Notes: generated by a model from the sequence alone, not told the origin. 19,847 nt of DNA from Promethearchaeia archaeon (GCA_046497275.1 JAWOFX010000182.1:1-19847), one strand, 5' to 3'; positions 1 to 8,934 are shown, counted from the stretch's first letter. Translations and numbers: made by a program.

Positions 1-1
1 G

Positions 2-67
2 AAAAAAGCTCCTAAAGATTTTGATAGTGTGGAGATTATTCGTAAATTTCGCGAAGAAAGACATTAG
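2..67 (+). CDS. vapB: 3' end of a probable VapB-type antitoxin (partial, runs off the window start)
   Basis: Frame 2 reads KKAPKDFDSVEIIRKFREERH then TAG (65-67). The 'DSVEIIRxxRxER' end is typical of archaeal VapB antitoxin C-termini, and it stops 20 nt before a PIN gene. Confidence 0.7.
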   Translation, partial: KKAPKDFDSVEIIRKFREERH

Positions 68-87
68 AAAGAAGGGTGCTATGATAA

Positions 88-510
88 ATGAGAGAAATAG
101 TTATTGATGCGAATGTTGTGGTTAAATGGTTTATTGAAGAAAAAGATTCAGATAAAGCTATCCTTCTACGAGATAAGTATATAGATGGGAAAATTAAATT
201 TTTCGTTCCACCACTATTATATTTTGAAGTATTAAATGCGTTGAAATATAGTCAATTATTTGAACCTCGTGAACTTAGGGATGCGGGGGAAAGTTTAGAG
301 AATTATGGATTCAAAGTAATTACTATAAAAAATGAAATTCGGAATCATATGATTAAAGTTGCGGTGGATTACGATTTATCGATTTATGATGCTTCGTATA
401 TTGGTCTTAGCATAGGTTTAGAAAAGATTTTCTGCACTGCTGACGAAAAAATCATTAAAAAATTACCTTCAGCACTTAAAAAAAAAGTAAAAAGTCTCAT
501 AGAGATCTAA
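88..510 (+). CDS. vapC: PIN-domain ribonuclease toxin (VapC family)
   Basis: 140 aa with the PIN acidic residues in context: IVIDANVVVKW, YFEVLNAL, YDASYI, TADEK. Confidence 0.9.
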   Translation: MREIVIDANVVVKWFIEEKDSDKAILLRDKYIDGKIKFFVPPLLYFEVLNALKYSQLFEPRELRDAGESLENYGFKVITIKNEIRNHMIKVAVDYDLSIYDASYIGLSIGLEKIFCTADEKIIKKLPSALKKKVKSLIEI

Positions 511-621
511 AGATAAATATAAGTGAATTTAAAAGATCTCTCTGAAGATAATAAAATTTTTAAATTTATAAATAATTTTACGATTATATTTTTCAATGTG
601 TATAATTAAGGAGATAGATAA

Positions 622-1392
622 ATGACCTTTAAACTCTCAAAGAAAGAAATTTTCCCCATTATATTAGGAAGTTTGGGTTTTTTAATGATTTTAATTTCAG
701 AAATAATTAATCAGCTTCAAGGATCAAAGATTTTGATTATTGCTTGGAGCGCAAGTATTTTTATAACAATTTCTACTTTTATTATTCGATTTTATTCCTT
801 AGACACTGAAAAATTCAAAGAGACCATTCAAGAGACAAATCCTGTAAAGAGTCACCAATTAAAACCAATCCGTTTTTTAAACTGGATCCTTATCGCTATG
901 ATTGTTGGCTTGATTGCGACTATTGTTATTGCGTATGATTTTATTATTGGGATGATAATATACCTTCTGATGCAAATTTCCTTAATGATTGCATTTTCTG
1001 GTATAATAATTATCAGTCCAAAAGCTCAAATGAGCCATCCAACCCTACGTAGAACCTTTTTAATATCTATAATTTTTTGGATTGTTTTTATCCCGTTGGT
1101 ATTTTTTCTCTTTGTGTGGAATGGTACAGAATCATTAATCGTAGTTCCTTATGTCGTTGCTATTGGATTAATGGCATGCATATCGTGGTTTGGGGTGGGA
1201 TATACCCAGAGATCTAAAACTTTTCGATATTGTGTTGTGTTGGCATCAGGTTTATTTGTGTTTTCCGATCTTCTCATAGGCAACTCGAGATTTGGGACAA
1301 TACGTATCGATATTTATTTTTTGATCGATATTACCTATGTTCTAAATATTTTATTGATGTCTCATGCTCAACTCTTTTTGAATGTTCATTGA
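622..1392 (+). CDS. Polytopic membrane protein, YhhN/TMEM86 (lysoplasmalogenase)-like C-terminal region
   Basis: About 8 hydrophobic segments. GLFVFSDLLIG resembles the YhhN GxxxFxxSD motif, followed by a DITYVL helix. AGGAG lies upstream. Confidence 0.6.
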   Translation: MTFKLSKKEIFPIILGSLGFLMILISEIINQLQGSKILIIAWSASIFITISTFIIRFYSLDTEKFKETIQETNPVKSHQLKPIRFLNWILIAMIVGLIATIVIAYDFIIGMIIYLLMQISLMIAFSGIIIISPKAQMSHPTLRRTFLISIIFWIVFIPLVFFLFVWNGTESLIVVPYVVAIGLMACISWFGVGYTQRSKTFRYCVVLASGLFVFSDLLIGNSRFGTIRIDIYFLIDITYVLNILLMSHAQLFLNVH

Positions 1393-1513
1393 AATCAGAA
1401 GTTTTATTGGGTGTAATATTATCAAATGGAATTTATGATTTAGATAATTTATTATTTATAACTAGCATATTCATTAGTAAAATCGATTTAAAAGAATAAG
1501 AGATGATTTTTCT

Positions 1514-2077
1514 ATGGATATTGTTATTAAACATCTCGGACCAGATGTAATTGAGGATTTTTTATACTTTTTTGATGAAGTAGGATTTATAGATAATCCT
1601 AACTGGGCGTCTTGTTATTGTCATTATTATCATTTCGATGGTTCAAGAGAAGATTGGGGCAAACGAACAAAGATCCAAAATAGAGATGCAACAAAAGCAT
1701 TGATTCTTTCTGGTAAAATGAAAGGGTTTCTTGCGTATTCAGATGGAAAACCAATTGGATGGTGTAATGCGAATTCAAGACAAATTTACTCGTATCTCCC
1801 TGTTAAAGATGCACACAATGAAGAGGAGAAAGTAGCATCAGTTGTTTGCTTTTTAATTACTCCTCATTACAGGAAGAAAGGGATTGCTAGAATGCTTTTA
1901 AAAGAAGCATGCGAATACTACAAGATAAAGAAATATAATTATATTGAGGCCTATCCAGTTAAAGAGGCAAAATCAGATGCGCATAACTATCACGGACCAA
2001 TTTCCCTATTCCGTTCAGAAGGTTTTTCTGTAATAAAAGAATTAAAAGATTTTTTTGTAATGAGGAAACAGTTGTAA
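1514..2077 (+). CDS. GNAT-family N-acetyltransferase
   Basis: Acetyl-CoA binding motif A (CFLITPHYRKKGIARMLL), the PIGWC strand, and IEAYP ... LFRSEGF motif B. Confidence 0.85.
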   Translation: MDIVIKHLGPDVIEDFLYFFDEVGFIDNPNWASCYCHYYHFDGSREDWGKRTKIQNRDATKALILSGKMKGFLAYSDGKPIGWCNANSRQIYSYLPVKDAHNEEEKVASVVCFLITPHYRKKGIARMLLKEACEYYKIKKYNYIEAYPVKEAKSDAHNYHGPISLFRSEGFSVIKELKDFFVMRKQL

Positions 2078-2138
2078 CTTGGTTTATTCTTTTCAAAGGA
2101 ATTCTCATTAAAATTAAATGCTGAATTTACCTTTCCAT

Positions 2139-2161
2139 TCCCATTTCACAGAAAAATGGGA
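2139..2161. promoter_or_regulatory. Inverted repeat TCCCATTT-N7-AAATGGGA (operator or hairpin)
   Basis: Perfect 8-bp arms at 2139-2146 and 2154-2161, 34 nt upstream of the 2196 ATG. Confidence 0.35.
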
Positions 2162-2195
2162 TATGATTAAATATGTGAAACACAAATAATTAAAT

Positions 2196-3017
2196 ATGTT
2201 TTTTGAAAGTATATTTATGATTAGAGGTGGAATCTTCGGATATGACTTTAGTGTTAAATTACTTATTGCCTTATTTGGAATTACGCTCTGCTATTATGAT
2301 TGGAAGGAAAATGAAAAAAGATTAGATTATTTTTGGGTTTTTTTAATTGGGACATTAATTTGGTCTTTAGCGGAATTCTTATTACAACTTGTGGGAATTA
2401 GGGAATTGCAAGATAAATTTTTTTTTGGGATCAATATAACTTCTTGTTTTTGGTTTACGATTCCTTTGCAGGGAATGTCAGAGGGAGCATTTGTCGCATT
2501 AATCAATCTATTCGTAGGAGATAGACTATTAGATAAAGAAAAAAGAAAAGAGGGATTATTCGTATTATTTGGCTATCATATTATCAATTTTGGTATAACC
2601 TATTCGATATTATTTAGTTTAGGATATAATTTTTTAAATGTGAATGTTGGAGATCTCAGTGTTCCATCAAGAAGAGATATTTTTACGATCCCCTCATTGA
2701 TTTATTTAGCTTTATTTATTGCACCGTTTATTTATTGGTATATTAGAACTAATAAGAGGTTGAGAAAAAGAGCAAATCATATGTTTTTATTGATGTTAAT
2801 TACAGTATCTATTTGGACTCTCTTAGAATGGCTAACAGGGCAACGTTGGATCGAAGTAGGCATAAAGACTTCCGAGGGCACATATTCGAATCTCACAAGA
2901 GCGCCCCCTTTAATTGAATTTTTAGCTCTTGCCTATGATGTCGTAATAGAAATCGTGTTAATGTATATGCCGTTTTTAGCAATCCCCTATCTATTAGGAT
3001 TGATAAAGTCTGAATAA
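2196..3017 (+). CDS. Uncharacterised multi-pass membrane protein with an internal repeat
   Basis: 273 aa, about 7 hydrophobic segments, two copies of IW(S/T)L(A/L)E(F/W)L...GxR. Confidence 0.8.
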   Translation: MFFESIFMIRGGIFGYDFSVKLLIALFGITLCYYDWKENEKRLDYFWVFLIGTLIWSLAEFLLQLVGIRELQDKFFFGINITSCFWFTIPLQGMSEGAFVALINLFVGDRLLDKEKRKEGLFVLFGYHIINFGITYSILFSLGYNFLNVNVGDLSVPSRRDIFTIPSLIYLALFIAPFIYWYIRTNKRLRKRANHMFLLMLITVSIWTLLEWLTGQRWIEVGIKTSEGTYSNLTRAPPLIEFLALAYDVVIEIVLMYMPFLAIPYLLGLIKSE

Positions 3018-3188
3018 ATTAGATAGAGGTATTAGTGAAAACCAGAGGTTGAGAATACCATCCTGTAATAATTTATTATATAAAATAAATAGTGTGGTGA
3101 GCATAAGTTATGATTCAAAGGAGAATGTACATCTAGATTAATGAATTACAAACATCGCATTAATATCAACCAAACCTTTTACTAACTT

Positions 3189-3593
3189 ATGAGTGTGAAA
3201 TCAGAAAATATAAATATGAACAAGCGAATCGGGCTTCCCTTATTAGTGTGGGGCGGAATCAATATAATAGCCGGAATTTTCACGCTAATTTCCCCTTCTG
3301 ACTTAACAAGAGGAGTGCTACTTCAATCATTCTTCTGGGGGCTTATTGATGGAATTCTCGGATTAGGTACTTTTTTACGCAAAAAAGAATTCGACTTAGA
3401 AAAGATCAAAAAAATATTGTTAGTAAATGTCTATTTGGACGTTGGCTATATGGTGGTTGGAATTCTTTTAATTTTGTTTGGTGGAAATGCATTCTTAATG
3501 GGGAACGGATTGGGAGTGATAATTCAAGGAGCATTTCTATTTATTGTTGACTTAATCCATCACAGACATATTGAAAAAACCCTCATGGAGTAA
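3189..3593 (+). CDS. Small 4-TM membrane protein (DUF6992-like)
   Basis: LLVNVYLDVGYMVVG and GNGLGVIIQGAFLFIVD resemble that family as I recall it. The true start may be the second Met (MNKR). Confidence 0.65.
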   Translation: MSVKSENINMNKRIGLPLLVWGGINIIAGIFTLISPSDLTRGVLLQSFFWGLIDGILGLGTFLRKKEFDLEKIKKILLVNVYLDVGYMVVGILLILFGGNAFLMGNGLGVIIQGAFLFIVDLIHHRHIEKTLME

Positions 3594-3701
3594 TTATATT
3601 GTTATTTATAAAAGAATTTTTATAATAATTTTATAATCTTTTTTTGATATTTTGGAGTTAAAAAAAGAAATAATTTAACGAATACCTAGCTCTTTTTGTG
3701 A

Positions 3702-4109
3702 TTATTCAGAGGAATCACTAAATTTTTGTCTTTTTCTCAAATAATAGACAACAATTGTTCCACATATCATAATAATAACCCATGAGAGCGTGTAATATGG
3801 AGACGTACCGGAATATCTAACATGAAGAATGTCCGCGAACACTGTAAAAGAGAATAAGAATACAAGAGCACATATGAAAATGATCAAGTGATCTAACTTT
3901 AGAGGGAAACCGCTTTTTAATTTGATTGTGTGATATTCATTTCGAGTTATAAACCCGAGTATAATAGATATGAAAATCAATACTAATCCAGATATGAGTG
4001 TATATGTAAAAACAACTGGTGATATTAGTGAAAACAAAAACAACGATAATATTTCCATTAATGTTCCAATGATTAAGATTACTAAACTAATATCCAGTAA
4101 TTTTGACAT
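3702..4109 (-). CDS. Hypothetical 4-TM membrane protein
   Basis: Four hydrophobic segments and a basic C-tail. ATG at 4109 is preferred over the TTG at 4112. Confidence 0.65.
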   Translation of the reverse strand: MSKLLDISLVILIIGTLMEILSLFLFSLISPVVFTYTLISGLVLIFISIILGFITRNEYHTIKLKSGFPLKLDHLIIFICALVFLFSFTVFADILHVRYSGTSPYYTLSWVIIMICGTIVVYYLRKRQKFSDSSE

Positions 4110-4272
4110 CAATGCAATTTATGTCATTTCATTATTTAAGTCTTATAGGTACTGTTTTGTAAGGAAATTTATCGAAGAGAAAATTATATACAAAAATATT
4201 TAAGTATATATATTTAAAATGTTTATGGAGAAAGTAGTGCAAACCAAAAATTAGTAATAGAAATGATAAATT

Positions 4273-4641
4273 ATGGAAAAACCACAGTTAAATAAAACTA
4301 TTCAGAAAGGTACTGATAAGCCAAATTCAATAAAATGTCTCGTATTTGGAATTATATCTATTGTTTTATCAAGTCTAGCGCTCGAATTTATTAGTTTTTT
4401 TAAAATAGAAGCTTTTTTCATTCTAAGAGTAATAATCTTTAATTTTATGAATATTATAGGTATTTTGTGTGGAATTTTAGCTGTTATATTTAATCGAAAA
4501 GCCCAAGAACGGGAGCTTGATAATAACATTGAAAAAGCGGGAAGTGTAGTGGGTAAATTAGGTTTAGCATTTAATATTCTGATATTTTTATCAATTTCGA
4601 TTTTTTTAATACGGTTGGGAGTGGATTTTCTTTTTGAATAG
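4273..4641 (+). CDS. Small membrane protein (DUF4190-like)
   Basis: Three hydrophobic segments with the pattern CLVFGIISI ... GILCGILAV ... AGSVVGKLG. Confidence 0.6.
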   Translation: MEKPQLNKTIQKGTDKPNSIKCLVFGIISIVLSSLALEFISFFKIEAFFILRVIIFNFMNIIGILCGILAVIFNRKAQERELDNNIEKAGSVVGKLGLAFNILIFLSISIFLIRLGVDFLFE

Positions 4642-4694
4642 ATCAATTGATTTTCAAGATTTTATATGAAACGGATTGGGATCTGGAAGAAATA

Positions 4695-5474
4695 TTATTG
4701 AGAATCATTAAGAGTTTGGCAATAGAAAACCAAATCTTTAGCATCAAGAAATTTTACTTTTTTTTTATTTCCGTTTAACTCTATTTGTTTCTCATACACG
4801 AGATTCCCCCGAAGATCAATCATTTCAAGATTTTCAAGGTTTGCAAGCCCCCTTATCTCTGTGATTTCATTGAAAGCTAATTCTAATCTCATCAGTTTGG
4901 TTAAGGTTCCAATATTCTTGATTTCTCTTATTGAATTTCTTTTAATTGCTAAAAGTTTCAAATTATTTAGCGTTTCGAGACCTTGTAGGTCGGTTATAAA
5001 ATTTTTTTCAATATTTAAGAATTCCAGATTCCTTAAGTTCTGAAGTCCTTCGATGTATTTAATACGATTACTTCCAAGATATAACCACTTTAATTTAGTC
5101 AAATTTTTTAAACCTGCAATCTTTTGAATTTGATTATCAAAAATATTTAGTTCTACTAAATTGATAAGATTTTCAATACCTTTAATCTCTGTAATTTTGT
5201 TATTATATAAAAAGAGGTATTTTAAATTTGTTAATGAATAGAGCCCTTTTATTTCCTTAATTTCATTTAATCTTAGATTTAATATTTCTAGCTTAGTCAA
5301 GTCTTCAAGACCATCTATTTCATTAATTTCATTATTAGAAAGATCTAATTCTTTTAGATTTTTCAGATTTTTTAATCCTCTAATATCAGTAATTTTTTGT
5401 ATACCTAAATTGGAAAGATCTAATCTTCCTTCTCTCACCGTATACCTTTTTCCATCATATTCTACATATTTCAT
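4695..5474 (-). CDS. Leucine-rich repeat protein (SDS22/internalin-like 22-aa repeats)
   Basis: About 9 tandem LxxLxxLxxLxLxxNxIxxIxG repeats with short N- and C-caps. No signal peptide or additional domain is visible. Confidence 0.95.
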   Translation of the reverse strand: MKYVEYDGKRYTVREGRLDLSNLGIQKITDIRGLKNLKNLKELDLSNNEINEIDGLEDLTKLEILNLRLNEIKEIKGLYSLTNLKYLFLYNNKITEIKGIENLINLVELNIFDNQIQKIAGLKNLTKLKWLYLGSNRIKYIEGLQNLRNLEFLNIEKNFITDLQGLETLNNLKLLAIKRNSIREIKNIGTLTKLMRLELAFNEITEIRGLANLENLEMIDLRGNLVYEKQIELNGNKKKVKFLDAKDLVFYCQTLNDSQ

Positions 5475-5559
5475 ATGATCAGTTTATCATAGTTTTACTA
5501 TCCTTGAATTTATAAAATCTAACCTCATTATATATATTTGCCCAGAAAAAATCTTATAT

Positions 5560-6540
5560 ATGAACATCGCCGAAGATCTAATGTTGGATTTTGCGGAAAA
5601 TACGGGGTTGACCTCAAATAAACCTCCAAGACGATATTTGTGGACTGATGCGTTTGCTGTATGTAATTTCATTCAATTATATAAACAGACGAAAAATAAA
5701 ATTTACAAACAGTATTCGATTGATCTAATAGATCAAGTCCATTCTACTCTTGGAAAACATCGAGAAGATGATTCGAGAGAAGGTTGGCTTTCCAAAGATC
5801 CTGATCGCCCTACTAAAAACGGACTTCGTATAGGGAAGAGGCTCCCTGAGAGGGAGAAAGATGAGCGAATTGATGAAAGCCTTGAATGGGAGAGGGATGG
5901 ACAATATTTTCATTATTTAACAAAATGGATGGTTGCATTAATCAATATGGGAGGTTTTTTAGATGAGAAGAAATATATTCTCTGGGCTGCAGATCTTGTA
6001 AAAGCGTCTCAAGCCTTTATTCATGATAGTAGAATGTATTGGAAAATGAGTATAGATTTGAGTAGACCACTAGTAAGATCCATGGGTCAGCATGATCCCC
6101 TTGATGGCTATGTTGTATATAAGCTGGTGAATATTCATACAGAGGAAAGTTTAAATAAAGAAGTCGAAGATATGTTTACTATCGCCAGAACTATAAGATT
6201 AGAAACTATGGATCCATTGGGAATAGGAAGTTTACTTATAGATGCATATCATTTATATCAAATGGGAGAAGATGAACAATTTTTACAAGATATTATAAAT
6301 GCTGCTAAATATGGCATTCAATATTTTAACACCAACAATCATAGCCTGGCATTTCGGGAATTAGGTTTAGCAATAGGTCTGGAAGCATCTAGGCGTATGA
6401 ATGAATTAACTTCCTATTGGGAAATAAAAGATAGAATAATAAAATATTGGGTTGAAAATCGAGACTGGCGAGAACATATAGATATAAATCAGGTTATGCT
6501 CTCAACAAGTCTAGTACCAAATCAATTTCTAGAAATTTGA
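5560..6540 (+). CDS. Conserved protein of unknown function (possibly alpha-helical barrel)
   Basis: 326 aa soluble ORF with dense motifs YLWTDAFAV, GLRIGK, DGQYFHYLTKWM, MYWKMSIDLSRPLV, GQHDPLDG and FRELGLAIGL, which I recall from a widespread uncharacterised family. Confidence 0.85.
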   Translation: MNIAEDLMLDFAENTGLTSNKPPRRYLWTDAFAVCNFIQLYKQTKNKIYKQYSIDLIDQVHSTLGKHREDDSREGWLSKDPDRPTKNGLRIGKRLPEREKDERIDESLEWERDGQYFHYLTKWMVALINMGGFLDEKKYILWAADLVKASQAFIHDSRMYWKMSIDLSRPLVRSMGQHDPLDGYVVYKLVNIHTEESLNKEVEDMFTIARTIRLETMDPLGIGSLLIDAYHLYQMGEDEQFLQDIINAAKYGIQYFNTNNHSLAFRELGLAIGLEASRRMNELTSYWEIKDRIIKYWVENRDWREHIDINQVMLSTSLVPNQFLEI

Positions 6541-6711
6541 ATTATATTATATAAAAAATTTCTTTCTGAATAATTAATAACTTAAGAACTAGATATAAAA
6601 TTTTAATGTTTAATTATGAGAATCTTAATATTTTCTATTGAGTTAGTTTGATTAATATTGTAGAATATTATCAGTATTCAACAATAAAATCAATAAAAAA
6701 GAGTGAATAAA

Positions 6712-7188
6712 ATGGCTCAAGCTGAATTAAAAATTGGTAAAAAAGCTCCTGATTTTTGTTTGCCCGATATGAATGGAGAAAAGATATGCTTGAAAGATTA
6801 TGCTGGTAAAAATGTTATCTTATATTTTTATCCGAAAGATAATTCTCCAAGCTGTACCACCGAAGCAATAGGATTCACGAATATTTTACCTGAGTTAGAA
6901 AAGCTAGATGCGTTTGTTATAGGAATAAGCCCCGACAGTCCAGAATCTCATAAGAAATTCATTGAGAAAAAAAATTTGAAAATTACTCTATTAAGTGATG
7001 AAGAAAAAGAAGTTCTAGAACCATATGGAGCATGGGGAATGAAAAAATTTCGAGGTAAATCCTACATGGGAGTGATTCGTAGTACTTATCTTATTGATAC
7101 TGAAGGAAATATCGCGTATCACTGGCCAAAAGTAAGTGTGAAAGGTCATCCAGAAGATGTGAAAGAAAAATTAAGCGAAATTGTATAG
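6712..7188 (+). CDS. bcp: Peroxiredoxin, Bcp/PrxQ subfamily
   Basis: FYPKDNSPSCTTEA (PxxxSxxC), GISPDS and the RSTYLID Arg. ATG 6712 is preferred; the GTGA at 6703 is better read as a Shine-Dalgarno element. Confidence 0.93.
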   Translation: MAQAELKIGKKAPDFCLPDMNGEKICLKDYAGKNVILYFYPKDNSPSCTTEAIGFTNILPELEKLDAFVIGISPDSPESHKKFIEKKNLKITLLSDEEKEVLEPYGAWGMKKFRGKSYMGVIRSTYLIDTEGNIAYHWPKVSVKGHPEDVKEKLSEIV

Positions 7189-7406
7189 ATTTACTACAAT
7201 ATTCGAATCCAATGAGAATTAATTTCCATTTAAATTCTTTTTATTCTTAATTTTGGTTTTTAACGTGTAATTAAATTGGAAATTGAAATGATTTTATAAA
7301 TTATTAGAATTTTTCTGTGAAAACAAGAAATTACTCTGATTTCATGCGATTTTTTTATAAACCATGTGAAAAATATTTAAATACCAATCTAGCAGTGGTT
7401 AAATTA

Positions 7407-8906
7407 ATGATTAAAAGTATAAATCCCGCTACTCTTGAATTTATTGGAGAAGTGGAAGAAACTCCGGTTGAAAAAATTGATGAGATTTTTAAAAATTCTC
7501 GAATTGCTCAAAAGGAATGGGCTAAAATTCCTCTTAATGAGAGAGCGAGACGAGTGGTTAAAGTTAATGAAGTTATTTCCACTCAATTTGATGAAATTTC
7601 ACTTATAATTTCTCAAGAAGTTGGAAAACCTCCTAATGAAGCATTTGTTAGTGAAGTCTATGGAGTTGCTGATTCCACATTCAATTATTACACAAATGTT
7701 GTCGATATTTTAGGTGGAGATGAACAAATTCCTTTAGGTTTTTATGAATCGCTCGATAAACATAGTTTTATTATACGCAAACCAATTGGAGTGATTTGTG
7801 TTATAGGTCCATATAATTATCCATTCACAATACCTTTCCAACAAATAGTTCAAAGTTTAATGGCAGGCAATAGTGTCGTGTTTAAACCCTCCTCTGAAAC
7901 CGTATTAACAGGCAAAAAAATTCAAGAAATTTTTGATGAAGTTGATCTTCCAGAAAATTTGGTCCAAACTGTCTATGGTAGTGGTTCAAAAGTTGGAAAT
8001 CCCTTGATAGATAATGCAGATAAGGTTATTTTCACTGGGAGTACCGCAACGGGAAAGAGAATAATGCAGCGAGGAGCGAATACGCTTACAGAAGTGGATC
8101 TTGAACTTGGAGGGAAATCAGCGATGATTGTATTTCCAGATGCGAATATTGAGCGAGCGGTATTAGCAGCTCGTTGGGGGTGTTTTACGAATGCTGGTCA
8201 AGTATGTGCCTCAGTCAAAAGACTCTATCTTCATGAAGATATTTATGATGATTTTATTGATAAATTGGTCGCTAGTACTAAAAAACTAAAACAAGATATC
8301 CCAACAAAGCCAAATGTGGATGTTGGAGCAATGATCAATGAGGAACAACTGAATTGGGTTGATAAAATGGTTAAGACAGGGATTGAGGAAGGTGCTGAGG
8401 TTTTAGTTGGAGGGAGAAGGAATCCTGATTTAAAGGGATATTTCTATGAACCTACGATTATGATTGCAAAAAGCAACGATATGCGAGTAGTTCAAGAAGA
8501 GATCTTCGGCCCTGTTTTAGTAGTTTTAAGGTTTAAGGATGATAAGGAAGTAATTGAAATGGTAAATGATAATCAATATGGATTAACATCAAGCGTTTGG
8601 ACCCAGGATAGAGAATTTGGTAAAAAGATTGCTGAGGAAATAGATACAGGGTCAGTGATGGTGAATGAAGTAGTATATACGTTCGCACTCGCTTCTACTC
8701 CATGGGGTGGAACAAAGAATTCAGGAATAGGAAGAACTCATGGGAAGTTAGGATTCTACGAAGTTTCACGGCCTCTTCACATAAATATCGATGAATATAA
8801 GGAGCCAGACCTTTGGTGGATGCCATATGACGAAGATTATGATGAGATTATTGAAAATTTTAAAAATATTGCTTCAAGTTTGGTTGTAAAAGATAAGTAT
8901 GAGTAA
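7407..8906 (+). CDS. NAD(P)-dependent aldehyde dehydrogenase
   Basis: PYNYP, FKPSSET, FTGST, ELGGKS (catalytic Glu), NAGQVCAS (catalytic Cys), EEIFGPV. The start is placed at MIKSINPAT (7407) rather than GTG 7317. Confidence 0.95.
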   Translation: MIKSINPATLEFIGEVEETPVEKIDEIFKNSRIAQKEWAKIPLNERARRVVKVNEVISTQFDEISLIISQEVGKPPNEAFVSEVYGVADSTFNYYTNVVDILGGDEQIPLGFYESLDKHSFIIRKPIGVICVIGPYNYPFTIPFQQIVQSLMAGNSVVFKPSSETVLTGKKIQEIFDEVDLPENLVQTVYGSGSKVGNPLIDNADKVIFTGSTATGKRIMQRGANTLTEVDLELGGKSAMIVFPDANIERAVLAARWGCFTNAGQVCASVKRLYLHEDIYDDFIDKLVASTKKLKQDIPTKPNVDVGAMINEEQLNWVDKMVKTGIEEGAEVLVGGRRNPDLKGYFYEPTIMIAKSNDMRVVQEEIFGPVLVVLRFKDDKEVIEMVNDNQYGLTSSVWTQDREFGKKIAEEIDTGSVMVNEVVYTFALASTPWGGTKNSGIGRTHGKLGFYEVSRPLHINIDEYKEPDLWWMPYDEDYDEIIENFKNIASSLVVKDKYE

Positions 8907-8934
8907 AAAAGAATAATTTATTAATTCAAGAGAA

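Noticed and set aside
1230-1499. 89-aa + strand ORF
   Set aside because: Overlaps the 3' end of the 622-1392 gene in another frame, has a non-ATG start and shows no motifs.
3970-4203. 77-aa + strand ORF
   Set aside because: Antisense shadow of the hydrophobic 3702-4109 gene.
4302-4646. 114-aa - strand ORF
   Set aside because: Antisense shadow of 4273-4641; its Lys/Ile/Asn-rich composition is what reversed hydrophobic codons produce.
4861-5913. Short ORFs 4861-5043, 5487-5672 and 5725-5913
   Set aside because: All overlap well-supported genes on the opposite strand.
1390-6540. Selenocysteine read-through at the TGA stops (1390-1392, 6538-6540)
   Set aside because: The first read-through ends after 7 codons, the second protein appears complete, and I saw no convincing SECIS.
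510-6712. Integron-like cassette array or mobile element explanation for the short genes
   Set aside because: No shared attC-like repeat, integrase, transposase or terminal repeats seen, and the genes lie on both strands.
7317-7406. GTG-initiated 30-aa N-terminal extension of the ALDH
   Set aside because: The family-like sequence begins at MIKSINPAT, and the extension looks like AT-rich promoter DNA.
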